A DNA stretch of 64,000 bases, taken from Tubulanus polymorphus (taxonomy: Eukaryota > Animalia > Nemertea). The notes under the pieces are model-generated. The model worked only from the letters and a program-made list of their open reading frames with translations, was not told the DNA's origin and made no database searches. The DNA lies in assembly GCF_964204645.1 (NCBI RefSeq), contig NC_134026.1, positions 18,696,150 through 18,760,149 of the forward strand, written 5' to 3'. A program made the translations under genes and the position numbers. Positions 1-12,500 of the stretch are shown here, piece by piece. Every line of letters starts with the position of its first letter. The first letter of the stretch is position 1.

Positions 1-3000
1 AAGGTTTTAGTTTGAAAAAATGTTAAAATCTGTCCAACAATGCGGAGCCCGCGGGACCGCCTATAATTGCGGTAATTTTGTGGTAAAGTATTTCCTTATT
101 GTAGTGGTACCTAGGCATATTTTGTCATCTCAATCTAATGCAAAATTATAGCTCATGACATGTTTTATGATTGTGGTCAGTTACAAGGTCATTGCTTTCA
201 GTATATGTTCACCAGGGGGTGCTGAGTATTTAAATTGTCAGATTTTTTAGCATTGCAAACCACTTCATTAGTGGGCACGGTGTCCCCGGACCCCTAGTTT
301 AAAAAGCACTTGGAATGTAAGTATATTTGATGTTTATGCGAAATTTTGTTCAAGAAAAGTCATATTTCACACATGTATTGAACCGCAAAGTAATCATACC
401 ACTATGGACTTGCAAACTTAGATAGGGATGCAGGGACGCCATGCCCACTTGGGAATGGTTTGGAATGCTCAACAATCAGAAAACTTAAATATCCAACGCC
501 CTCTAGTGACGATATAAATGTAATTCTACCTACTATTCAACGCCCCCTGGTGAATTTAGAAAGCAATGATCATAGAACATGTCACGAGTTACAATTTTGC
601 CATCGATTGTGGTTACAAAATATGCCTAGGGACCAATACAATATGAAAATGCTAAGTTATTCGGCTATTCAACGCCCCCGTAATCAATGGCAACCTTGAT
701 ACTCACCATAATCAATAGATCATGTTATGGGCTACAATTTTACAATTGATTGTGGTAACAAAATATGCATAGGTATCAGTATGAATAAGTAAATTGTACA
801 AAATTTAAGGTGGAGGGGAACAAACATATGTAAAAGATCAAGATAACTGCTCAAATTTTTTTCAAAATTATCCTTGAAAACTTCACAAATGTGTTGTAAG
901 ACATGTTGTCCCAAGTGGGCTAAAAATAGGAGATATAGGAGGGACTGGGTGGTCTGCAGACTCAGTTCTAGCATTCTATGGAATCCACCAAGATATAATA
1001 ATTCAAAGCATGAAGTTGTCTATAAGAGTAAAATTTTATTTTCATAAAGCATTAAAAAATGAGACGTACAGGAGTCTTTACAAATACGTAATATGTGCGC
1101 AGCAGTAAATAAAATACATTGCGTAATATATGTACATACACTGTATATTGATAACATTTTCTCGACCTTCAGTTGTCAAAAATGAAAATACATCATCTGT
1201 GTAAATGAGACCTGAAATCATCGATCTTAAATTTTACCTGTAGATGAAATATAGCAAAGGACATATCGTTCTAATGTTTATATTTAAGTATGATAATTAA
1301 CGCATAATAAGCATATGTTTGTATTGTAGAAATTAGGATGGTTGTGACCTGTTGCTTTGACCTGTTAGCTACTTAATAAATGATCGTTGGTGTCGTATTT
1401 CGAGCTATTTCATTGTTTTGCTGAAAACCACAGAAGCGTCCTGAGGCCATCATTAAGGAAAAAAAAACAATCTTATTTTCTTGTAGAGTTATATCTATCT
1501 CAACATGAAATGAATTACGATTAATGAATACCTGTGCCAATTTTATGTCATTATTTAAGTTATTGATTTGACATTAATTCGTTTTTAATAAAAAGTTTTG
1601 TAAATGATTTCCCTAGGACGCTTCCATAGAAAACAATTCACCAGTTTAATATGTTTTATTTCAGGAGAGAACCTGCGCTATGCGGGATCTAAGCCACAGT
1701 TGCGGTAAATATTTGACACAGGACCTCATATATCTACGTAACTACTAAATCCAAGTTACAATCAACAATCACAAAAACACTCACAAAGTGAGTCATTAAA
1801 TCTAAAATAGGACTGTAGAGTAAAACCTGCTTATTCCAAAATTTGATCTAAGCTGGACATTATTTACAGTTCGTTATGGGTTGTATATAGAATATGATTC
1901 TTGATTCAGATTTCTCATGTATGTCATCGTTCCCCAACCAACCTGGATTAAGTAGGTTTTTCTGTACATATTGATGACATAAATCAAATACATTTTCATT
2001 TCATTGCCACATAAAAATTTCATACAATTTGTTGACTAGTATTTTAGGGGGGGGGGGATACAAATTCTAATTAGTCCCAACAGGGGTCTCTTCCACATTC
2101 GAATATTGAAAAATTAACCCAGAAATTTCAGACTAATTGAACACATGTTAATTCAGTTCACACCGACTACTGCTTTAAGTTATACTTTTTGTACATCTGA
2201 GATGATGTCGTAGTTTTAGACCGAGCGTGCATGACAATGAATTCTTTTCCAATTTACTGTGTGCATTGCTCAGAAACACTGTTTTGTGAAACCAACATCA
2301 AAATATGAAACATTTCATTTGATTGCTGTAGTAATTAATGTAAAGTGTTGCCGTTTAGTGAAATGCTTGACAACCTGACTTATTCAATGTCTCCTGATGA
2401 ACAATACAGTAATCAATGAGCTTGACACCTCAACCATTGATTCAACTGTGGCATTCAAGGATTCAACCAGGTGTTGCTAGTCAGCATTAAGACAACAACT
2501 CCCGATTATACTGAGATTTGATTAAAATCTATCCATAATTTCTCAAATTCTTTAAATGGTGATTAGTAAATTTTACCTAAATGAACCTAAAGATCATCTG
2601 AGTTTATCAACAGGAGTGATTTGCCTTATTTCTGATGAAAATTCATCGAAAATAAACTAGATTTTGACAGGGTTGTGGCACTGATATGCACGCCATCTAG
2701 TGGGATAGCTGGAGCCCTCATTTAATTGGGATTACAAATTATGCATAGATACTAATATAAATAGACACATTTTATACGATTCATTTTGACTCATTACTCT
2801 TGAAAACTTTGAAACGAGTAGAAAGCACTGATTTCGGTAACATTAATGGCCGAAGGCCAATTTTTGGGCTGCAGATTATGACTGGACACATGTATCAACC
2901 AAATATCAAGACAATCCATTGGAGTGTCTTCAAAACTCCCCAAAATAAGTGGATTCCATCTACGGTTGGATGGACCAATGGATGAATGAATGAAAAGTGA

Positions 3001-3238
3001 AAGTCCCCAGTGTGGTTATAACATTGTCGCTCAAAAAGCGATCATGGCCATTTCGGTTTGATCATGTGATTCATTTACCACTTCTCTAATTTAGTGGCAC
3101 TGTATGTTTTCTTTTCAGTTTTTCTTGTTTCGCTTTCAGTGATAGTGGTCAAACTGAATTATCAAAACACACATCTGTTTCATGTTCATTTCTTGCTGCA
3201 CGCGTTAGGCTTCGGATAATTTTAATCGTTCGCAGCCA

Positions 3239-3523
3239 TCACGTGACTACAACGCCTTTAAACACGCATGGTCCATTCTCGTGTTCCAATAACGTTGGCC
3301 AAAGGAATGTTTTTATGTAAGCCGACTCGGCGTCGGACAGAAAGAATCTTGTGTGATGATTATCGTCGTAAATCGTCGATTCATAATCCAATACGAACGG
3401 TGGATTCTGTATGATCAACGCCCACGCCACGTGTGCACATTCTTCGATGTAAGTCAGAAGCGGCTCCAATTGACGAAGACTCGGATAATCGTATAGCGTC
3501 GCCCACAGTTGTTTACCGACAGA
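3239..3523 (-). CDS. MIEAP-domain gene last coding exon (SVGKQLWATLYDYP...KGVVVT*)
   Basis: tttctag| acceptor, TGA at 3241-3239; extends ORF 3239..3469. Confidence 0.9.
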   Translation of the reverse strand, partial: SVGKQLWATLYDYPSLRQLEPLLTYIEECAHVAWALIIQNPPFVLDYESTIYDDNHHTRFFLSDAESAYIKTFLWPTLLEHENGPCVFKGVVVT

Positions 3524-6500
3524 CTAGAAATATTCAAAGGTAGAAAAAATATACTATAGATCAATAGGAAATCACATAGCACTGAGGAATTGTAATTGTT
3601 ATTGAAACATCTCATCTAAGAGATGAATTTTGATACCAAAATTTTTTCAATTGGTCAAGCAGAACAAATGTTGTGGCATTTGGAAGTGTGAAGGGTCAGC
3701 ATGTTTCAAAAGGAAAATGCTTGAATGCTTACTAAGCAGATATGAAAGGCATTTCGAATACAAATTACACTGGCTATTGGACCCATGTGCTTTTATGACA
3801 TCGCAAGACGAATAAGTCTAAACCTGAGACTTATCGAAGAGACGCGGGAGGGAAGTTTTTTACTAATGCCACAACCAAATACTAGTAATGCGAGTAGTTG
3901 TGTTTCTATATCGTTTTATCGAAAACGAAAAGATCCCCGACGAACGCCAGATGCGTTATGAGTTATGTTACTTCTATGCTGTATGTACCGTACCTCCAGC
4001 ACTACAGGTTATTATTTAGTCCGCATTGAAAGAATAAATTGAACTCATTAATATTTGTTTTCATTCACTAACTTACATCAATTATTTTCGAATGATCGAA
4101 TTGTTCAGTTGTCTTTCGCAAATAAACAAGTATGTTCTCCTCCATTTCTTGCGCGGCATCGTTATGATTCTCTGGAAGGTCCTCTCCAGCTACAGGTAAA
4201 TATAGCAGTTGCTGAATGCTGCATTTCATTTCATCTAGTGCTTCCTGAGCGGCGCGGAATGCAAGCTGAAATAGGCAAGGAGTTCCACAATTTTATCGAA
4301 TATTATAATGTCTCAAATTTCTAATGAGAAGGGAGCATCTAAACAATCATCAGTCTTGAAAAATAACAACCTCTCAGCTCCGGACCTGTCCTCCAAACTG
4401 AAGAAAAGGTGTTGAAATTGTTCGGATAAATTGCCCACAGGCAAAGTGTGGTTTACCTTGAAAAAGCTAGAGGTTGTTTGGAGCAAGGGCATTGCTTGAA
4501 AAATCTTTTTAGTCCATGACTTCAAAGTTCTATAAATTTATTTTGTATTTTATCTTTCTCAAAGAATTATTTTGAAGTCAAATGAGACCAAAGATATACA
4601 TTTATTCTACGGTGACACTTGGAAACCTCCTCCAATGATGGCCGCAGAAGCTAAAATAGCGGTACTGTAAAAAAATTGGTGTATGTAAGTGGATCGTTTT
4701 GAATCCTAGATTTTACCACTAAAATATTCAGACCTCGACCTATACCTATACCGGGTAGTTTGCTGCTAATTATTTTCAGGTCACAAGAAATTACAATTTA
4801 TTACAAATTCTATCAAACACAAAACACAGCGCTCATCTTTCTGCTATAAAACGTGCACGCGCCAGCAAGCAGCGTTACAGCATCACTATATAGTAGTGTA
4901 TAATGTACAAGAGTGTGTGTAACAGTCTATAGGCTGGCTTATGTCCACAAGCAATGCAACGCCTACCAACACAACTGGGTTTATCGCCGATTAGCGGCAA
5001 CTAGCGGCCGCCAGTTGCTGCTCTATCAGTTCATAAGCCGGCTTGCGACGGCAACCCAATGCCTACTGACTTGTCGCAAGCCGTATCCCACTAGTTGCCC
5101 ATGTTCTACTCCGGCCTACGGTAGGCGGACAGTTGCTTTTGATCGCAGCCGACATAAGCTCATCTGCGACGTGACGGAAATGAGTGCAGGGGTTCCAGCC
5201 AATAGGACACTGCATATACATATAGTATATACAAATTATCACCACTAGTTAGCGTCATTCGCAATTAGACATAAACTTTCAAATTCAAGTAGTTCAAAAC
5301 GTAAACCAAACCTTCAGCATGGCTGAGGACTGGACCGAAGATCTAGAAAGGAAATTTGAAAGGCCATCTGAATATGTCGCTAATGTCTTTATATTCAAAA
5401 AAGAATCAGAAAGATCAAAGTCTTAAAGAAATAGCTTTTCTAATAGAAATATAATTCCCAATAATTCAAAACAATTCAAATTTATTCTCAAAATGCTTAT
5501 AACGTGACCATTTGAGCCATTGCAGTTGCTTGTAATCGCAACTGACATAAGCAGGGAAGCAACTGGGAGGATCTCGTGTCCCGCTTGTCGGCCTCAGTTG
5601 CTGCGAATTGGAGTTGACATAAACTGGGCTGCGATCGCTGTTGCTCTCAGTTGCGTCGGTAGGCATCACATTGCTTGTCGACATAAGCCGGCCTTTATGA
5701 TTGGCACTCCGCCGGGCACTCTGCACGCACGTGGAGGCCTTATCTGTAAGTGAATCTTCGCTTACACTTCAATGTCAATCAAAACAATCACCGGGTATTA
5801 AAATGAAACAATACCTATGGCGGATATGTGTGAAATAATTATATTCTCACCAGCAATGAGCATTTGGAATTCACACGTTTACAGCACCTAGTCAAACGTT
5901 CGTCCTAAAAAGCCTTTTCCATAATCATTTAAGTAGCACCGGAATTCCCCATATATCCTGGAAACAGCCAATCACATTCACTCGTAGAGATGACGTTCCC
6001 AATCGAGGTCATTGCAATTTTATAAACAAGAGCTAAGAATTTTCCCGCCAAAAACAGTGTTTCGGCGAATTTTAACTAATTTGACCATGTCATCAACGGA
6101 GGTTCGCCATGTCTTCAATCGAATCGATTATATGTCGTTTAAGCCTAGAACCAATGAAACAAATGCTCACATAAAAAACGTAATCGTGGGGAGCCAAGAA
6201 ATCGCAGCGAATATAGGATCAAAGCCCTAAATTTCATTTATGGACACATTGATCCTGGATTAATCCCCCCATTCAATCAATCTTCCTATTTTTGAGGCAG
6301 CCGAAATTCAGTGGACTAAAGGACTCAAGTGTAGACTTCTCAATTATTTCAATAAATTAGTTGTATAGTCTTTAAAGGCTGTCTTCCTGAATCTCTTATT
6401 TGTCACACAATATACGATAAAATTTACTGAAGAATCGATGATAGAAAAAGCCAAAGTGATTTGTCTGAAACCAACAACGGATTCTATCTTGAAACCAAAC

Positions 6501-9500
6501 GAATTTTGTAAACGATCCACAAAACCGAAACCTTCACAAATAATAAACAACAAAACTACCGATAAAACCATCCGTAAAACACTCATTTCCCTTCTAGATG
6601 ATTCGTCAGTAACACCGAGCTCAGAACGTCAAGTAACCCGGCGGTAAAATGTCACGGAAATAAGAAATGAATTGATAAAAACTAAAATGAATATTGGAAA
6701 TGTGATAGTAAGATAAAGGAAATAAATCTCTCCGAAAAATCGTAAAACCAGTATACAACATCGATACCGGTGTAACTGATCGTCCCGATACGCCATGTTA
6801 CGTATGGCCAATAGTCAGGACAGTTCAGGAATACGAGATGTCTTGTGGGTAAAGCCTGACCAAAATGTCCACAAAAACCTAGCAATGAAATAAAAAGTAC
6901 TCTGTATTTTGAGATCAATTTTTTTGGGAATACTACGAGATTTTATTGGAAACAATACGACGATTAACTATACTGAGCAGTACAGTGCACCAGTTACGCG
7001 TCATCTGAAATATATAGAAAAATGGCATAGATATCGAAATGAAAATCCACCCAAAATGCCAGTCATCCGAGCAAAACACAATATCCCCCAAAACGGCGTA
7101 AATGTAAGCAGTTCTCAGCGGATAAAGAATGAATGCGGCAATCATAAACAAAAGATCGTTTAAAGCAAGAATTTTGATGAGAAAATAAACATCGGATTTA
7201 AATTGTTTCAGAACTAACAGCGTGAATGCGTTGAACGTTATACCCAGTACTGATGCAGGTAGATAACATCCCAAAAACATTAAAACATTGAATTTCAACT
7301 TGTTATCAACCGGTAGAGTTTGAAATTGCTGACACGGGTTGATTTGCAGTGTTGCGCCACTGCTTGTTGTACTGACATTAGAAATGTTATCAACATTTAA
7401 TCAGCAGTGTGAAATCTATATAAGGCCGTTCTGTAGTATGAATCTGTTCAAATTTTTACTTAGTGAAGTGTAAATTGAAAGTAGAGTCCAGTCTTCATCT
7501 GAGGCTGATTTCCCATAGAATTGTCTGTTTTTATAGATATTTCTGACGATTTAGTTTAACGATGAGCAGTTTTTAGCGAACATGAAATCATCGATCCTGT
7601 TAGTTGCGCAGCATTTTCTGAACTCACAACATGCACAAGGGTTGGATATTTTCAAGAGATATGAATAGTTGTTAAGTTTCCATGTCTCTCCGTAAGAGGG
7701 GTTGACGCTGTGGTCCAATCAATGCTTGAATAAAATAGATTCTGTCTGGTGTCGACCAAACCCTAATTAGCCCTACCTATCTGTATCTGTATCACCAACC
7801 ATTGAAAACGATACATGTCTCACTTAATTCCTGATCATGAATTGAGATTTTTTACAGCACAAACATACTTTGAAAGTGAAGCTATTTCATACCATAAAAT
7901 GATGATGCATTATAGGTATGCACGATACACTACAATTTACCAATCACAATTAAATTCAGTTCATAGTCGACTGTATTCCTCAACATCAGAATATTATCCG
8001 CTATCATCACTTAGAACTGATAACTGTAGTGACCTTGGAATTTCCCTAACAGTGGACCCTATTCCCCCTCAGCCACCTAGACTTCAGACTTCTGGAGCTT
8101 CAGCGTAACTGATTACCAGGTGAGAACTGTGGTCAACACAATTACAGAGACAGGACTGATATCACCTGAAGGTCGCAGGGGCTGCCCAATATGTCACAGC
8201 AACTGAGGGACATCGACGTAAGAAGTCTCGTCGACGCCCACATCAGGCAGTTTCTGGTTGTTGAATCACACTATTGTCATACAGATACTGATTTCCAGTA
8301 CCTGTCTGCAGATCTCACCCTTACAAAAGTGCATTAGATGTATCTCAATAAAAACAGTGAAGCAGAGGCAGTCACCGTTTCTTTCTACTTCAAGCAATTT
8401 AAGGCGATGAAATTGAAATTCCATCAACCTAAGAAGAACATGTGCGGAATTTCTGAACGTTTCAGGCTGTCTTATAGTGAGAGTAAGAAAGCATAAATCA
8501 AAGGTGAACCTTACAGACAGCATATAATAGAAAAAGTCCAAATCCAGATGACCAACGTATCCTCAAAGAGCAAGGTGTCGTAAATGTGATCGTCGCCTGT
8601 TTTGACCTCCAGCAAGTCATCTTCTGCCACATAGTAACTGAGGAGGTCGCGAAAGGCCGCATTCTACAAAAGATGACTACTTACAATTTTTCAGTCAACA
8701 AAGTCAAGAAAAGGCAAGCCCACTTCTAAAACTCATGGATGAAGAGGGCAATGAGAAAGCATATCATTCAGATAATTTTACGAATAATATTTTTGTTCAA
8801 TGACTAAATAAGCCCCAAACAGTTGAAGAAAAATTAAATTTGAGATCTTTGTTAGAAAAACCGGATCCCCAGCGCTTGAAACAAAGGATAATCAGTTCAA
8901 ACACTGAGTGCATAATGAGTGCATTGAATATGGGAACTCGATTGAGTATTACATTGTAGATGCGTCAATGGTCAGCAGTACAACAATATTGGGCACTATC
9001 AGACGTTTTCAGCATTTGCTAATTCGATTAATAAGGAACCTAAAAACAGGTAAGTGTAACTTAACATCAGAGATAAATGAATCTGATAACGGAAACAAGA
9101 GTGACAACAAAGTTCCAAATTATTAATAGATTTTTTTCAATTTCAACAAAAGTGCATATTCGAGGTTCCCCAGAAAGCCAGTGAGTCATGACCTACTGAC
9201 TGCATTATCAATGTTTACAAGTGTCATAATGTCAGTACTATATACCATAGAACTATAAGCGAATAGTGAGTTGGCGTAATACACTGTAGTTCCAAGCAAA
9301 TGCCAGGTAAAAAAGTTCGACATTTATTATTAAAAGAACACCCAAACATTAAACTCCTTCCATGAACCTAACCCTGAGAAAGAAGTTCCTAATTATATGC
9401 ATGGTAAACCAAAGTTTTCCCAAAAATCTTATTTTGCATCTTATTTTTAGATTAAATTCACACCTGCTTTTCAAAGGGACACCGCTGCTAGGAATTGTAT

Positions 9501-12500
9501 TTTTACATATTTTCAGCATGATTTTTTCCGACCTGGCCACCTCTGAGAAGCAGGGTATCATTTTTTTAGCAAGATTAGATTGAATGTAGAGTTCAGTCTT
9601 CATTAAGGGCTGATTCTCCATAGAATTGTCTCCAGTTGTAGATTTTCAACAATTCATTTTTCCGATGAACAGTTTTTTTTTCACCAAACCTGAAAATGTC
9701 CTATAGGGCCTAAGTGGCAAAGAATGATCTAACCCCAAAATTAGCCTAAGGGAGATATTTTCAATGGAAGTTTCCATAGGAGCCGATGAAGTTCCACCCT
9801 GTTCGCCTTAAGGAAAACTTACTCATCTGTCACACTTTTTTTTAGTTCTCGATCAAAAGCTTACTCGATTTGAGGCCAAATTGCAGAAAGATGGAGTACA
9901 GGGCTGGCTATGGGCCAGTGTTGACCCAATTTCCCCAGGTAATTGGTTTACAGGTTGTCAAATGTTTAACATGCTCCTTAAATGCAAATTTTGACGCCAT
10001 AAACTACGTATAACTATTATGTTGGGGTACTGTGTGAGTCGATGTGCTATCAATATTGGCATGATAGAAATAATTATCTTTGACCTACAGGACCCGAAAT
10101 GTAATCAATTACTCACAGTCTTAAGGATAACCCATCCAAAAAATGTCACCAAATTATCTTAAACCATCTATGAGATAGAGCCCGGAGATGAAAATTCTTA
10201 ACAGCTTCTAGTAACCCCTAGGATAACCCATCCATAGAATTTGAGTAAGTTTTCTTAAACCGTTTATGAGTTAGAGATTGGAAATGAAATGGCTTCCTGC
10301 GACCTTGAACTTGGACCCACAGGACCCAAAATCTAATTAGTTACCCACAGTCCCTAGGACAAACCATCCATAGAATTTCAGTAAGTTATCTTAAACCGTT
10401 CATGAGTTAGTGCCCGGAAATGAAATTCATGAAATGGCTTCCTGCGACCTTGACCTTGGATGCACAGGACCCAAAATCTAATCAATTACTACCCTCATAT
10501 AGTACAACACAACTTTTGAATTTAAAGAAAATCTGTCAAAGGGTTTAGCTGCTAAGGCACAGAAACCGCTGCGGACAGACGGACGGACGGACGAATACAG
10601 TATGCCCCACAGCATGAAAATCTTTACAGAGAATAATCGACAGAAACGCCATCTACTGACTAATAACGCGCTTTGGGGGAAAACCTTTAGGTGAAACAAC
10701 GATAATTTACATTTTTCACAGTGCACGCCGGGGCTTAAAAGGGTTAAAGCTTTGCTTTTGCCTCAATCCCAAATTGATAAAGTAGCGAATGTCTTGGGCG
10801 GGGAATCCAGGAGACAGATTGATACCTACATAAAATACACCTTCGGCCAGTTTTGAATATGATAAACCAATTCACTAAACTGCACTCAACAAAATGGAGC
10901 CTGGCAGCATAAAGACTGCCCCACATTACATTGGAACCCCCAAAGAAAGAGAAGAACAGGTCACCCAAGTTACTTGGACATTGAGCAATGACCGAAGAGT
11001 TGAAACTGATGGGGCTCATGGGACGAGAGTTGCGGGTGGCCAAAGATAGAAGAAACTGGAGAGAACATGTTGTGGCTCCATAAATAGTTTACAGATACAG
11101 ATAAACTCCACTTACCACGACTACCGAAAACAACAGTTTTACTTTGAGGTCATCGAACTCTGAAATTTCTACATTCGAATCGAGAGCATCTAAAGCATCT
11201 ACTCGAGCCTGGGAATACAAGTTACTGTATCGTCTTATCAATTGAGTCGGCCGACTGTCTCCCAGGTTTAAATCTTCGAATGTTGATCCGCATTGAACAT
11301 TGTGTTGAGCTTTTTCTGACAATCTGAAGCATAGATAAGTAGGTTACCGGTACATGTGAGTTGCTTCTAAGGACTCAAGAATTTATGCAGACATAAAATG
11401 GGAGTTTAAGTAAACCTGAATAAGTGGCCCAGATATACAGAAATGCAAGATCAATATGTCTCTCGTCGCTACACTTAAAATTATCGTTCTTAAAATTAAA
11501 ATCAATAAAATAAATCAAATTCTCTCCAAAGTTGTGATGAGTTGTCATCAGTGTCTATGAGTTGTACTTCCAATTCAATTTGTATAGTTTATAGCTGTGT
11601 TCACTAAAGGATTTCAATACTGTGTCCACGCGGTTAAATTATTCAAGGGCTATTTGCGGCTTATTCAGTAGCGCACTGGAATGCCGGGCTTATTAAGCGT
11701 GGAAAATAATTCTGCGCCAAAAAACCCGATCTCATTACGGTACTGGGCTGACTGAGTAAATTCTGTAAACGTATTGTAGTATGCTACACTCAACACTCCC
11801 AACTGTACACTGTCAAGTAATGGATTGAATTAGCCGTGTGAATGCAACTGGCTGTGTAAGAGCAGTATTCAGGTGAATTCGGCACTAGCGAAGTACAGTA
11901 CTTATGAAGCGCCAAATCTCATGTGAAATCGGCTTACATTGTCATCTTGATAAGTTATCACTCACATCATACTAATATCATATATCATATTAAGCAAGTA
12001 TCAGACCAGACTACCTTGGTGTCTCCCTTTGTGGTAGTCTTGACACCATAATTTGAGATTGAAAATAGTAGTTTAAGTAGAAATGAACAAGAAATCATTC
12101 TGAATCTTTGGTAGTTATTGAGCTCTTAGTAGTTAATACTCTCAAATAGTAATGATAATCAGGTCTGAAGTATACATGTATCAATTATTTTGCTGTCCAG
12201 TCATCAAAACTCAATACAATTTTCTATTTACTGATATCAATCGCTTAGGATGATAATTTCTACAAAATATTGTGCTATTATCACTTTTAAGTATATCCAT
12301 CCTCCCTTGGCAGGGATTCGAACCTGATGGCAACAACCACGACACGACAACTGACTCAACAACAGCACGGAACCCCGTCTGACTAGCCCGAGTGCTAACA
12401 TGATTTCTATATACATGTATTCTAATGATATAATATATTTCTGATTGGCTAAAAATGACATCGTCTAAGCTGTGCACGCGGGCTAGTCAGGCAGGATTTC

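Noticed and set aside
460-2985. Short ORFs in the first 3 kb
   Set aside because: No motifs; they overlap degenerate interspersed repeats and the probable 3' UTR of the MIEAP-domain gene.
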